64,000 nucleotides of DNA from an uncultured Acidimicrobiia bacterium (GTDB taxonomy: Bacteria > Actinomycetota > Acidimicrobiia > Acidimicrobiales > AC-14): assembly GCA_963836205.1 (NCBI GenBank), contig CAWIIV010000006.1, forward strand, positions 96,001-160,000, read 5' to 3'. Positions within the stretch are counted from its first letter, which is position 1. Each line of letters starts with the position of its first letter. The notes beneath the pieces are model-generated. The model was given only the letters and a program-made list of their open reading frames with translations, was not told the origin of the DNA and did not search any database. Made by a program: the position numbers and the translations under genes. Of this stretch, positions 48,168 through 58,189 are shown piece by piece.

Positions 48168-50387
48168 TCAGCGAGGGCCGGCGCCGGGCAGGACCCGGTA
48201 GGCGTCGTACACCGATTCCACCCGCTTGACCGTCGCCAGCACCGACTCCAGGTGGGACGGGTCGGCCAGCTCGAACTCGAACCGGAGGTGGGCGACCTGG
48301 TCGGATCCGGTGGACGTGAACGACGAGACGATGTTGACGTGGTGCTCGGAGAGAACGGTGGACACGTCGCGCAGCAGGCGGGCCCGGTCGAGGGCCTCGA
48401 TCTCGATGGAGGCCACGAACATCCCCACCGACCCGCCGTCCCAGTCGACCTCGATCTGGCGGTCGCCCATGCGCGACGAGAGCGCGACCGCGTTGGCGCA
48501 GTCGGACCTGTGCACCGAAACGCCCCGGCCGGCCGTGACGAAACCCACGATGTTGTCGCCCGGCACGGGCGTGCAGCACCGCGACAGGCGCACCATCACG
48601 TCGTCGAGGCCCTCCACGTGGACGCCGATCTTGCCCCCGACCCGGCGGCGCGACGGGCGGCGCACGGTAGATGGCAGCTGCTCCTCGGAGACCCCGCCGT
48701 GGAGCTCGCGCGACACCCGCTGGGCGACGGTGTGGGCCGACACGTGGCCCTCGCCGATGGCGGCGTGGAGCGAGTCGAGGTCGGCGTAGTGCAGAGCCTC
48801 GGCCACCGCCACCAGCACCGGCGAGGTGGTGAGCTTCTGCACCGGGAGGCCCTCCCGGCGCATGTAGCGCACCAGGTCCTCCCGGCCGTTCTCGATGGCC
48901 TCCTCCCGCCGGCTGCGGCTGAACCACTGGCGGATCTTGTTACGGGCCCGGGGGGTGGCGACCACCTTGAGCCAGTCGCGCGACGGCCCCGCCCCCTCCA
49001 CCTTCGAGGTGAAGACCTCCACCGTGTCGCCCGACGACAGCGACGAGTCGAGGGGCACCAGCCGGCCGTTGACCTTGGCCCCGATGCAGCGGTGCCCGAC
49101 GTCGGTGTGGATGGAGTAGGCGAAGTCGATGGGCGTGGCCCCCGCGGGCAGGGTGACGACGTCGCCCTTGGGGGTGAAGACGAAGACCTCGTCCTGGTCG
49201 AGGTCGACCTTGAGCGTCTCCATGAAGTCGGCCGGGTCGATGGTGTCGCGCTGCCAGTCGACGATGCGGGCCAGCCAGCCCGGCTCGGCGGTGGGGGTGC
49301 GCTTCTCCTTGTAACCCCAGTGGGCGGCGATGCCCGCCTCCGCCCGCTGGTTCATGTCGCGGGTGCGGATCTGGACCTCGAGGGGCTTGCCCTGGGGACC
49401 CACCACCGTCGTGTGCAACGACTGGTAGAGGTTGAACTTGGGCATGGCGATGTAGTCCTTGAACCGACCCTGCACCGGCTTCCAGGTGGCGTGGATGGCG
49501 CCGAGGGCGGCGTAGCAGTCCTTGTCGCTGCCGACCACCACCCGGATGCCGACCAGGTCGTAGATGTCGGAGAACTCCCGGTTCTTCACGACCATCTTCT
49601 CGTAGATGCTCCAGTAGTGCTTCGGCCGGCCGACCACCTCGGCGTCGATGCGCAGCTCGGCCAGGCGGGCCTTGACCATGTCGAGGACCTGGCTGATGTA
49701 GATGTCGCGCTCGGGGGCCCGCATCGACACCATCTGCTCGATCTCGGCATAGCGCTTGGGGTAGAGGGTGGCGAAGGCCAGGTCCTCCAGCTGCAGTTTG
49801 ATGCCGGAGATGCCGAGGCGGTGGGCCAGGGGGGCGTAGACGTCGAGCGTCTCCTGGGCAGTGCGGTGCTGGTTCTCGATCGGCATGGCCGCGATCGTCC
49901 GCATGTTGTGGAGGCGGTCGGCCAGCTTGATGAGCAGGACCCGGATGTCCTTGGCCATGGCCACCAGCATCTTGCGCATGGTGGCGGCCTGCTGGGCCTC
50001 CTTGGAGTCGAAGCTGACCCGGTCGAGCTTGGTGACGCCGTCGACGATGGCGGCCACCTCGGCGCCGAAGTCCTTGACGATGTCGTCGAGGCTGACGCCG
50101 GTGTCCTCCACCGCGTCGTGCAGGAGGGCGGCGGCGATGGTGATGTCGTCGAGCCCGAGGTCGGCCAGGATGGTGGCGACGGCCACCGGGTGCTGGATGT
50201 AGGGGTCGCCCGAGCGCCGGGACTGGCCCCGGTGGGCCACCTCCGCGACCTCGTAGGCCCGGGTGATGAGGGTGGTGTCGGCCTTCGGGTGCCGCGCCCG
50301 ATAGGCGTTGAGGACTTCCTTCAGCTCATCGGCGGATGCCGACCCCGCCGTGCGCCGCCACGGCAACACTCGATCGGCAGTGACCAA
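48168..50387 (-). CDS. rel: Bifunctional (p)ppGpp synthetase/hydrolase
   Basis: HDAVED, DRLHNMRT, YQSLHT, EVQIRT, TGS (DFAY.IHT), ACT domains. Confidence 0.97.
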   Translation of the reverse strand: MVTADRVLPWRRTAGSASADELKEVLNAYRARHPKADTTLITRAYEVAEVAHRGQSRRSGDPYIQHPVAVATILADLGLDDITIAAALLHDAVEDTGVSLDDIVKDFGAEVAAIVDGVTKLDRVSFDSKEAQQAATMRKMLVAMAKDIRVLLIKLADRLHNMRTIAAMPIENQHRTAQETLDVYAPLAHRLGISGIKLQLEDLAFATLYPKRYAEIEQMVSMRAPERDIYISQVLDMVKARLAELRIDAEVVGRPKHYWSIYEKMVVKNREFSDIYDLVGIRVVVGSDKDCYAALGAIHATWKPVQGRFKDYIAMPKFNLYQSLHTTVVGPQGKPLEVQIRTRDMNQRAEAGIAAHWGYKEKRTPTAEPGWLARIVDWQRDTIDPADFMETLKVDLDQDEVFVFTPKGDVVTLPAGATPIDFAYSIHTDVGHRCIGAKVNGRLVPLDSSLSSGDTVEVFTSKVEGAGPSRDWLKVVATPRARNKIRQWFSRSRREEAIENGREDLVRYMRREGLPVQKLTTSPVLVAVAEALHYADLDSLHAAIGEGHVSAHTVAQRVSRELHGGVSEEQLPSTVRRPSRRRVGGKIGVHVEGLDDVMVRLSRCCTPVPGDNIVGFVTAGRGVSVHRSDCANAVALSSRMGDRQIEVDWDGGSVGMFVASIEIEALDRARLLRDVSTVLSEHHVNIVSSFTSTGSDQVAHLRFEFELADPSHLESVLATVKRVESVYDAYRVLPGAGPR

Positions 50388-50462
50388 CCAGCCCCCCTCT
50401 CCTCATTGAAAGGTACCGACCTGTCCCAGCCTACGTGATCGGTGTCGGCACCATTTGGTGGG

Positions 50463-50987
50463 TCACTCGTAGGTGAGGAGCGATACCGCCTCGTGGGTGC
50501 CGATGCGGGCCCGTCCACCGAGGAACGCCAGCTCGATCACGAAGCCCAGCCCGACCACGGTGCCGCCCGCGGCCTCGACCAGGCGGAGGGTGGCGGCGGC
50601 GGTGCCCCCGGTGGCGAGCACGTCGTCGACGATGAGGACCTCGTCCCCCGCGACGATGGCGTCCTCGTGCATCTCCAGCCGGTCGGTGCCGTACTCGAGG
50701 GCGTACTCCTCGTGGCGGGTCGGTCCCGGGAGCTTGCCCGCCTTGCGCACGGGGACGAAGCCCGCCCCCAGGATGTAGGCGATGGGCGCGGCCAGGATGA
50801 AGCCCCGGGCCTCGATGCCGACGACCTTGTCGACCCGGCGCATGGCGAAGCGGGACGCCAGCGAGTCGAGGGTGCACCGGAAGGCGTCGTCGTCGGCCAG
50901 TAGCGGCGTGATGTCCTTGAACACGATCCCCGGCTGCGGGAAATCCGGAATGTCGCGGATGTGGTCCTTCAGGTGGGCGACGTCCAC
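50463..50987 (-). CDS. apt: Adenine phosphoribosyltransferase
   Basis: IPDFPQPGIVFKDITP, EARGF, RKAGKLP, VDDVLATGGT. Confidence 0.97.
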   Translation of the reverse strand: MDVAHLKDHIRDIPDFPQPGIVFKDITPLLADDDAFRCTLDSLASRFAMRRVDKVVGIEARGFILAAPIAYILGAGFVPVRKAGKLPGPTRHEEYALEYGTDRLEMHEDAIVAGDEVLIVDDVLATGGTAAATLRLVEAAGGTVVGLGFVIELAFLGGRARIGTHEAVSLLTYE

Positions 50988-51001
50988 AGGCTCGGCGCGG
51001 G

Positions 51002-52375
51002 CTAGCGCTTCTTCCCCTTCTTGCGGGGACGGGGGGCACCGGGACGGTTGCCCGGGGGGCGAGCGCCACCGCCGCCACCGCCGCCACCGCCGCCCGCCGG
51101 CTTGGCCGTGGGGGGACGGGCGGGCACGAGCACGTCGCCGTTCTTTGCGGGGCCGTTCTTGGTGGGGCCGCCCTTGGCGGGGCCGCCCTTGGCCGGGCCG
51201 CCCTTGGCCGCGGGGGCCTTCGCTCCCGGCGCGGGGGTCTTGGCCGCGGGCGCCTTCGCCCCGGTCGGCTTGGACGAGCCCGCCTTGGCTGCGGCGGCCG
51301 GTTTCGCCCCGGCGCCGCCGGCGGACTTGGCCTTGCCCGAGATGGTTGCGTTGCCGCCGCTCGATCCCAGCGCCGCGGCCGCGGCCGGCGTGAGCACCGC
51401 CCCGCCGCCGCCCTTGGCCGCCAGCCGTTGCCGGACCGCCACGTAGCGGGGCTCCCGTTCCTTGACGATGGCCAGGATGGGGGCGGCGATGAAGATCGAC
51501 GAGTAGGCGCCGGTGAGGAGCCCGATGAGCAGGGCCAGGCCGAAGTCCTTGAGGGTGGTCGCACCCAGCACGCCGGCCCCGATGAGCAGGATCGACAGGA
51601 TGGGCAGGATGGCCACCAGCGACGTGTTCAGCGACCGCATGAGGACCTGGTTCATCGACAGGTTCACGGTGTCGGTGTAGGTGAGGCGGCCGGTGGCCGA
51701 CAGTCCCTTGGAGTTCTCCTCCACCTTGTCGAACACGACGATGGTGTCGTACAGCGAGTACCCGAGGATGGTGAGGAACGCCACCACCGTGGCCGGGGTG
51801 ACCTCGAAACGGGAGATCGAGTAGACGCCGACGGTGACGAAGATGTCGTGCACCACCGCGGCCAGGGCGGCGACCGCCATCTTCCACTCGAACCGGAGCC
51901 AGATGTAGGCGCTGATCAGCACGAAGAAGGCGATGAGGGCGGTGCGGGCCTTCTTGGTGACGTCCTTGCCCCAAGAGGGGCCGACGTCGTTGACGCTGAC
52001 CTGGCTGGTGTCGACGCCGCCCATCTGGGCCATGGCCTCGGTGATCCGCTGCTGTTCCTCGGGCGCCCGGGTGTCGGACTGCACCCGGACGGTGTCACCG
52101 CCCGCGATCTGGATCTTGGCGTCGCCCATCCCGAACGGCCGGAGCTGGTCGCGGGCCTCGGCCACCGAGACACCGGGGGCCTTCACCTCCCACGAGGTGC
52201 CGCCCTTGAAGTCGATCCCGTAGTTCAGGCCCTGGGTGAGCAGCGAGATCAGACCGGCGGCGATGACCACGCCCGAGGCGATGAACCAGATCCGCGCCCG
52301 ACCCGCGAAGTCGAAGGCGGTCTCGCCGTGGTAGAGGCGGTGACGGAGGGTGCGACCCTCGGCGTCGCGACTCAT
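51002..52375 (-). CDS. secF: Protein translocase subunit SecF
   Basis: GIDFKGG, VGPSWG, GYSLYDTIVVFD, RSLNTS, YSSIFIA. Confidence 0.96.
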   Translation of the reverse strand: MSRDAEGRTLRHRLYHGETAFDFAGRARIWFIASGVVIAAGLISLLTQGLNYGIDFKGGTSWEVKAPGVSVAEARDQLRPFGMGDAKIQIAGGDTVRVQSDTRAPEEQQRITEAMAQMGGVDTSQVSVNDVGPSWGKDVTKKARTALIAFFVLISAYIWLRFEWKMAVAALAAVVHDIFVTVGVYSISRFEVTPATVVAFLTILGYSLYDTIVVFDKVEENSKGLSATGRLTYTDTVNLSMNQVLMRSLNTSLVAILPILSILLIGAGVLGATTLKDFGLALLIGLLTGAYSSIFIAAPILAIVKEREPRYVAVRQRLAAKGGGGAVLTPAAAAALGSSGGNATISGKAKSAGGAGAKPAAAAKAGSSKPTGAKAPAAKTPAPGAKAPAAKGGPAKGGPAKGGPTKNGPAKNGDVLVPARPPTAKPAGGGGGGGGGGARPPGNRPGAPRPRKKGKKR

Positions 52376-53829
52376 GGCTTGGCCCCACCGGAGGCAACTG
52401 CGGCCGGTGCGTTGAGGCCCCGGGCCACGCCCACCCACCGGGCCTCGGTGAAGAGCCGGCTGCGCCCGAGCAGCACCACCATGGGCCGGGTGAAGACATA
52501 GGCCACCACCACGTCGAGCAGGGTGGAGAGGGCCAGGAAGAAGGCGAAGCCCCGCACCGAGCCCACGCTCAGCACGTAGAGCACCACCGCGCCGATGAAG
52601 GAGGCGGCGTCGGCGGCGAGGATGGTGCGGTAGGCCCGGGAGAAGCCCCGGTCGACCGACGAGCGGATGGTCTTGCCCGAGCGGATCTCGTCCTTCAGCC
52701 GCTCGAAATACACCACGTAGGAGTCGACGGTGACACCCACCGACACGATGATGCCGGTGGCCCCGGCCAGGGTGAGGGCGAGGCCGCTGGTGGTGCCGAG
52801 CCACGTGACCAGGGAGTACATGAGCGCGCCCGACACCAGCAGGCCCAGCCACACCACCAGGCCCAGGGCCCGGTAGTAGAGGACCATGTAGAGCGCCACC
52901 AGGCCCAGGCCCACCGCGCCGGCGATCATGCCCGCCCGCAGGGAGTCGCGGCCGAGGCTGGCCGAGACCGTCTGCACCGTCTGGCGGTCGAGCTGGACCG
53001 GGAGCGAGCCGTAGCGCAGCACCAGGGCCAGGTCCTTGGCCTCCCGCTCGCTGAAGTTGCCCGAGATCTGGCCCGACCCGGGGAAGTTGGTGGTCTGGAG
53101 GCTGGGGGCGGACTGGACGACGCCGTCGAGGTCCATCGCGATCTGGCCGTTGACGCCGACCTTCTCGGCCATCGCGTTCCACTGGGTGGTGCCTTCGGAG
53201 GTGAGGCTGAACTGCACCTCCCACACGCCGTTGGTGGTGTTGACCGTGGCCCGGGCCGACGACATGGCCTGGCCGTTGACCTCCGCCGGACCGAGGAGGT
53301 AGCGGGCGGGGACGTTGCCGTTCTCGTCCTTCTTCTCGGGGAGGACCACCTGGGCCTCGGGGGTGTTCTCCTCGGGGGTGGTGGTCTTGTCACGGTCGAT
53401 CGGGGCCGTCGTGGGCGTGGTGGGGTCGACGGTGGTGGTCGGCTCGGTGGGGACGGCGGTGGTGGTGGGCGACGGGGTGGCCGGCAGGCGCTCGAGCACG
53501 GGCCGGAAGTAGAGCTGGGCCGTCTGGCCCACGACCTCCACCGCCCGGTCCTTGTTCTTGACGCCCGGCAGCGAGACGATGATCGAGTCGCCCTGGCGGG
53601 AGATGTCGGGCTCGGCCACGCCCAGGGCGTCGACCCGGCTGCGGATGATCTCGATGGCCTGGTCGAGGACCCCGGAGGCGACCTCGTCGCGGGGCTGGAG
53701 CACGACCGAGGCCCCGCCCTGGAGGTCGAGGCCGAGCTGGGGGGAGTTACCGGCGGCGAGGGTGAGGCCGAGGGACCCCGCCGCCAGCACCAGAACCCCG
53801 ATCAGGCACACCGCCATGGAACGGGGCAC
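52372..53829 (-). CDS. secD: Protein translocase subunit SecD
   Basis: LGLDLQGG, RVDALGVAEP, YGSLP, VDSYVVYFER. Confidence 0.96.
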   Translation of the reverse strand: MPRSMAVCLIGVLVLAAGSLGLTLAAGNSPQLGLDLQGGASVVLQPRDEVASGVLDQAIEIIRSRVDALGVAEPDISRQGDSIIVSLPGVKNKDRAVEVVGQTAQLYFRPVLERLPATPSPTTTAVPTEPTTTVDPTTPTTAPIDRDKTTTPEENTPEAQVVLPEKKDENGNVPARYLLGPAEVNGQAMSSARATVNTTNGVWEVQFSLTSEGTTQWNAMAEKVGVNGQIAMDLDGVVQSAPSLQTTNFPGSGQISGNFSEREAKDLALVLRYGSLPVQLDRQTVQTVSASLGRDSLRAGMIAGAVGLGLVALYMVLYYRALGLVVWLGLLVSGALMYSLVTWLGTTSGLALTLAGATGIIVSVGVTVDSYVVYFERLKDEIRSGKTIRSSVDRGFSRAYRTILAADAASFIGAVVLYVLSVGSVRGFAFFLALSTLLDVVVAYVFTRPMVVLLGRSRLFTEARWVGVARGLNAPAAVASGGAKP

Positions 53830-53832
53830 TGA

Positions 53833-54303
53833 TCAGGCCTTCTCCCCGGGACCGGGCGGGGTGGTGGGGGGCGTCGTCGGGGGGGGCGGGATGTAGGAGA
53901 CGTCGGGCTCGGGCTGGGGCGGGGCGGGCGGCGCGGGCGTGGGCGCGGGCGGTGTGGGTGGCGGCTCGGGCTCGGGCTCGGAGGCGAGGAGGTCGTCCTC
54001 GAACTCGTCCATGTCGTCATCGACGACCTCGTCGTCGACCACCTCGTCGGGGAAGGCCGCGATCCGGGTCTGGATGGCCGACCGCAGCAGGCGGATCGAC
54101 GTGCCCGGCGCCACCTCCAGGGTGACGATGTCGTCGACGACCGAGACGATCGTGCCGACGATGCCGCCGGTGGTGATGACCTCGTCGCCGGCGGACACGG
54201 TGGCCACCAGCTCCTGGTGTTGACGGACGCGGCGCTGCTGGGGGCGGATGAGCAACGCCCACATGAGTCCGAACGTGATGATGAGAGGGAGAAGGGCTTC
54301 CAT
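53833..54303 (-). CDS. yajC: Preprotein translocase subunit YajC
   Basis: LIRPQQRR, GDEVITTGGIVG; synteny with secD. Confidence 0.94.
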   Translation of the reverse strand: MEALLPLIITFGLMWALLIRPQQRRVRQHQELVATVSAGDEVITTGGIVGTIVSVVDDIVTLEVAPGTSIRLLRSAIQTRIAAFPDEVVDDEVVDDDMDEFEDDLLASEPEPEPPPTPPAPTPAPPAPPQPEPDVSYIPPPPTTPPTTPPGPGEKA

Positions 54304-54371
54304 GGCAAGGTCGGCCCCGGAGGGCCCGCCGCGAAGACTACCCGGGTCGTGGTGGGTCGGTCAGGCCGGGG

Positions 54372-55418
54372 TCAGCCGAACAGCGGCGTCACGCCGGGCG
54401 AGCCCGACGCCGCCGCCGGTGGCTCCAAGCCGAGGTGCTGCCAGGCGGCGGGGGTGGCCACCCGGCCCCGCGGCGTTCGCTGGAGCAGGCCGAGCTGGAG
54501 GAGGAAGGGCTCGTAGACGTCCTCCACCGTCTCCGGCTCCTCGCCCACGCAGATAGCCACCGTCGACAGGCCCACCGGTCCGCCTGCGAAGCGGACGCAC
54601 ACCGCGCCGAGGATGGCCCGGTCGACCTTGTCGAGGCCCTGGGCGTCGACCTCGAACAGCTCGAGGGCGGCGTCGGCCGTGGCTCGGGTGACCACCCCGT
54701 CGCCCCGCACCTCGGCGTAGTCGCGCACCCGGCGGAGGAGACGGTTGGCGATGCGGGGCGTACCCCGGGCCCGGCGGGCGATCTCGAAACCGCCGTCGGC
54801 CTCGAGGGGGACCCCCATGATCCCGGCCGCTCGACGCACGATGGCCTCCAGCTCGTCGACCCGGTAGTAGTCGAGGCGGGCGACGAAGCCGAAGCGGTCG
54901 CGGAGGGGGCCGGTGATGAGGCCGGTGCGGGTGGTGGCCCCGACCAGGGTGAAGCGGGGCAGATCGAGGCGGATGGAGCGGGCGGACGGACCCTTGCCGA
55001 TCATGATGTCGAGCTGGAAGTCCTCCATCGCCGGGTAGAGGACCTCCTCCACCACCCGACTGAGGCGGTGGATCTCGTCGATGAACAACACGTCGCCCTC
55101 GACCAGGTTGGTGAGCACCGAGGCCAGGTCGCCCGCCCGTTCGAGGGCGGGACCGGATGTGATCCGGAAGCCGACGCCCATCTCCGCGGCCACGATGCCG
55201 GCCAGGCTGGTCTTGCCCAGCCCCGGCGGGCCGGCGAAGAGGAGGTGGTCGACCGGCTCACCCCGGCCCCGCGCCGCGCCCAGGAGGATCTCCAGGTGCT
55301 GGCGGAGCTGGCTCTGGCCCACGAACTCGTCGAGGCGCCGGGGCCGGAGGGTGACCTCGTCGCGAGCCTCCTCGGGGCCGGGATCGGTGGCCAACAGCTC
55401 GTTGCGGGTCACCGGCAC
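54372..55418 (-). CDS. ruvB: Holliday junction branch migration ATPase RuvB
   Basis: [39 protein letters not shown]. Confidence 0.97.
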   Translation of the reverse strand: MPVTRNELLATDPGPEEARDEVTLRPRRLDEFVGQSQLRQHLEILLGAARGRGEPVDHLLFAGPPGLGKTSLAGIVAAEMGVGFRITSGPALERAGDLASVLTNLVEGDVLFIDEIHRLSRVVEEVLYPAMEDFQLDIMIGKGPSARSIRLDLPRFTLVGATTRTGLITGPLRDRFGFVARLDYYRVDELEAIVRRAAGIMGVPLEADGGFEIARRARGTPRIANRLLRRVRDYAEVRGDGVVTRATADAALELFEVDAQGLDKVDRAILGAVCVRFAGGPVGLSTVAICVGEEPETVEDVYEPFLLQLGLLQRTPRGRVATPAAWQHLGLEPPAAASGSPGVTPLFG

Positions 55419-55428
55419 CCCTGAGTGG

Positions 55429-56067
55429 TCATCGGCGGGCTCCGAGGAGGCGGAGGGCGGCCCGCAGGAGCTCTTCGACGCTGCCCTCGGTGGGGAGCTC
55501 ACGGAGGATGGTGTGGATCTCGTCGTGCTCGTAGCCGAGGGCGGCCAGGGCGGCCCGCACCTCGGCCCGGCTGGAGACCGACCCGTTGCCGTTGCCGTTG
55601 CCGTTGCCGGTGCCGTTGGCGTGGCCGTTGGCCGCCACCGCCGCCTCCAGGTCGCCGTCGGGGAGGTCGAGGCGGGACTTGAGCTCGATCATGAGCCGGG
55701 CCGCGGTCTTGCGGCCCACGCCGGGGACGAGGCAGAGGGCGTCGAGGTCGCCGTCGGCCAGGACCTCACGAAGCGAGCCCGGCCCGTGCACCGACAGGAT
55801 GGCGAGGGCCAGGGCCGGCCCCACCCCATGGGCGCCGATGAGGGCCTCGAAGCAGTCGCGCTCGTCGCGTGAGCCGAAGCCGAACAGGGTGAGGGAATCC
55901 TCCCGGACGGCGAGGTGGGTGTGGACCAGGGCGGTGGCACCGAGCTCGCCCAGGTGGGCCATGGTGGCCGGGGGGACGACGACCCGGTAGCCGACCCCAC
56001 CGACCTCGAGCAGGACCTCGCCCTTGGTCGACCGGTGCAGGATCGTCCCCCGCAGCGAGCCGATCAT
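55429..56067 (-). CDS. ruvA: Holliday junction binding protein RuvA
   Basis: [33 protein letters not shown]. Confidence 0.96.
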   Translation of the reverse strand: MIGSLRGTILHRSTKGEVLLEVGGVGYRVVVPPATMAHLGELGATALVHTHLAVREDSLTLFGFGSRDERDCFEALIGAHGVGPALALAILSVHGPGSLREVLADGDLDALCLVPGVGRKTAARLMIELKSRLDLPDGDLEAAVAANGHANGTGNGNGNGNGSVSSRAEVRAALAALGYEHDEIHTILRELPTEGSVEELLRAALRLLGARR

Positions 56068-56582
56068 CGGGCCCGGGCCTCGGCGCCGGCGGCCAGCCGG
56101 GCTCGGAGGGGGGCGCTGGCGAGGTGGCACAGGGCCAGGGCGAGGGCGTCGGCGGTGTCGGCCGGCTTGGGCGGCTCGGCCAGCCCCAGCAGCGACTGCA
56201 CCATGCGCTGGACCTGCTCCTTCGACGCCGATCCGTAGCCGGCGACCGCCTGCTTGACCTCGTTGGGCGTGTACTGCACAACCTCGCACCCGGCCCGGGC
56301 GGCGATGGCCAGCGCCAGCCCGCTCGCCTGCCCCACCGACATGGCGGTGCGGGCGTTGACCTGGAAGAACACCCGCTCCACGGCCACCGCGTCGGGCCTC
56401 AGCTCGTCGACGAGGGCCTGCAGGTCGGTGTGGAGGGCGGCCAGCCGGGTCGGCAACGGGTCGGACGGAGGCGTGGTGAGCACGCCTGCGGCCACCAGAG
56501 TCGGCCGTTGGCCGACGGCACCGGCCAGGCATCCGTACCCACACCGGGACACCCCCGGATCGATCCCCAGGACGACGAACAT
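56064..56582 (-). CDS. ruvC: Crossover junction endodeoxyribonuclease RuvC
   Basis: LGIDPG, AVERVFF, YTPNEVK, ADALALALCH. Confidence 0.96.
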   Translation of the reverse strand: MFVVLGIDPGVSRCGYGCLAGAVGQRPTLVAAGVLTTPPSDPLPTRLAALHTDLQALVDELRPDAVAVERVFFQVNARTAMSVGQASGLALAIAARAGCEVVQYTPNEVKQAVAGYGSASKEQVQRMVQSLLGLAEPPKPADTADALALALCHLASAPLRARLAAGAEARAR

Positions 56583-56597
56583 GCGTTCGGAGGCTAG
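56576..56597 (-). promoter_or_regulatory. LexA SOS box over the ruvC start codon, with -10 TAGCCT
   Basis: Perfect CGAAC-ATGC-GTTCG at 56576-56589. Confidence 0.8.
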
Positions 56598-56637
56598 CCG
56601 AAACCACCGTCGGAATCGAGCATCCCCACCGCCTCGC

Positions 56638-56810
56638 CGAACTGGTGACGGTAGACGTCGTCCGGGCAACCAAAAATGTCACCGGATCGCAGCCGGATCG
56701 AACTGGTGACGGTAGACGTCGTCCGGGCAACAAAAAATGTCACCGGTTCGGCGGCCGGGATCGAACTGGTGACGGTTTCGGTCGTCAGACGGCCAAAAGT
56801 GTCACCGGTT
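56638..56810. repeat. Three tandem REP-like units (61-63 bp period)
   Basis: CGAACTGGTGAC-N27/28-GTCACCGG x3. Confidence 0.88.
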
Positions 56811-56819
56811 GCGGAGGGG

Positions 56820-57587
56820 TCAGTCCTCCTCGAAGGCTTCCATGACCGAGTCGGGGATGTCGAAGTTGGCGTAGACGGCCTGGACGTCGTCGTTCTCCTC
56901 GAGGGCGTCGACGACGCGGAGGACCTTGCGGGCGTCGGCCTCGGTCTCCAGGGCGATGGTGGACGTCGGGAGCATGGTGAGGTCGGCGTCGGTGACCTTG
57001 AGCCCAGCGTCCTCCAGGGCGGTGCGGACCTTGGACAGGTCGGACGGCGGGGTGATCACCTGCCACGTGTCGCCCTGGTCGACGAGGTCGTCGGCGCCTG
57101 CGTCGAGGGCCGTCATCATCAGCTCGTCGTCGTCGATGGAGTTTGGGCCGCCCGTCTTGGGCACGACCATCGTCCCCTTGCGCTCGAACTGCCACGCCAC
57201 CGCCCCCGGCTCGGCGCTCGATCCGCCGTTCTTGGAGAAGATGGCCCGCACGTCGGCGCCGGTGCGGTTGCGGTTGTCGGTGAGGGTCTCCACGTAGACG
57301 GCCACCCCACCGGGGGCGTAGCCCTCGTAGTTGATGGCCTCGTAGCGCACGCCCTCGAGGTCGCCGGTGCCCCGCTTGATGGCCCGCTCGATGGTGTCGG
57401 TGGGCACCGAGGCCTCCCGGGCCTTGGTGTACATCGAGCGGAGGGTGGCGTTGGCGGCCATGTCGGCCCCGCCCTCCCGGGCCGCCACCTCCACCTGGCG
57501 CAGGACCTTGGCGAAGACCTTGGCCCGCACCTTGTCCTTGGCGCCCTTCTGGTGCTTGATCGTGGCCCATTTGGAGTGGCCGGACAT
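56820..57587 (-). CDS. yebC: YebC/PmpR family protein
   Basis: MSGHSKWATIKH, YEGYAPGG, TDNRNRT, DDVQAVYAN. Confidence 0.96.
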   Translation of the reverse strand: MSGHSKWATIKHQKGAKDKVRAKVFAKVLRQVEVAAREGGADMAANATLRSMYTKAREASVPTDTIERAIKRGTGDLEGVRYEAINYEGYAPGGVAVYVETLTDNRNRTGADVRAIFSKNGGSSAEPGAVAWQFERKGTMVVPKTGGPNSIDDDELMMTALDAGADDLVDQGDTWQVITPPSDLSKVRTALEDAGLKVTDADLTMLPTSTIALETEADARKVLRVVDALEENDDVQAVYANFDIPDSVMEAFEED

Positions 57588-57596
57588 GGAACCTCC

Positions 57597-58169
57597 TCAG
57601 GTCCTGCTCAAGAAGTGCTGGTGCAGGCGCAGGTCGCCCGACAGCTCAGGATGGAACGCGGCCACCAGGATCTGGCCCTGGCGGCAGAGGACGGGCTTGC
57701 CGTCGACCCGGGCGAGGACCTCGACACCCTCGCCCACCCGCTCGACGACCGGCGCCCGGATGAACACGGCCGGGAACGTGCCCCCGGCCAGGCCGTCGAC
57801 CGCCAGCGAGGTCTCGAAGGAGTCGACCTGGCGGCCGAAGGCGTTGCGCCGGACCGACACGTCGACCGCGCCGAACGAGCGTTGCTCGGGTCGCCCGTCG
57901 AGCACCTCGGCGGCCAGCAGGATCATCCCCGCACAGGTGCCGAAGGCGGGCATGCCGTCGGCCAGCAGTCCGCCGATGGCATCGAACAGGCCCGCCGACT
58001 CGAGCAGCTTGGACAGGGTCGTGGACTCGCCGCCGGGCAACACCAGCCCCTCCACACCGGCCAGGTCGGCGGGGGTACGGACCTCCACCGGGGCCGCGCC
58101 CAGGGCCCGCAACGCGTCAGCGTGGAGGCCGACCGCCCCCTGCAGGGCCACGATCCCGACCTTGTGCAC
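57597..58169 (-). CDS. pdxT: PLP synthase glutaminase subunit
   Basis: ALQGA, PGGESTT, GTCAGMI, RNAFGRQ, FHPEL. Confidence 0.97.
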   Translation of the reverse strand: MHKVGIVALQGAVGLHADALRALGAAPVEVRTPADLAGVEGLVLPGGESTTLSKLLESAGLFDAIGGLLADGMPAFGTCAGMILLAAEVLDGRPEQRSFGAVDVSVRRNAFGRQVDSFETSLAVDGLAGGTFPAVFIRAPVVERVGEGVEVLARVDGKPVLCRQGQILVAAFHPELSGDLRLHQHFLSRT

Positions 58170-58189
58170 CTGGCGGCCTCACGGGAGCG

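Noticed and set aside
56638-56810. Possible CRISPR array
   Set aside because: Only three units, the spacers resemble each other, each unit is a palindrome with dispersed copies, and no cas genes are present
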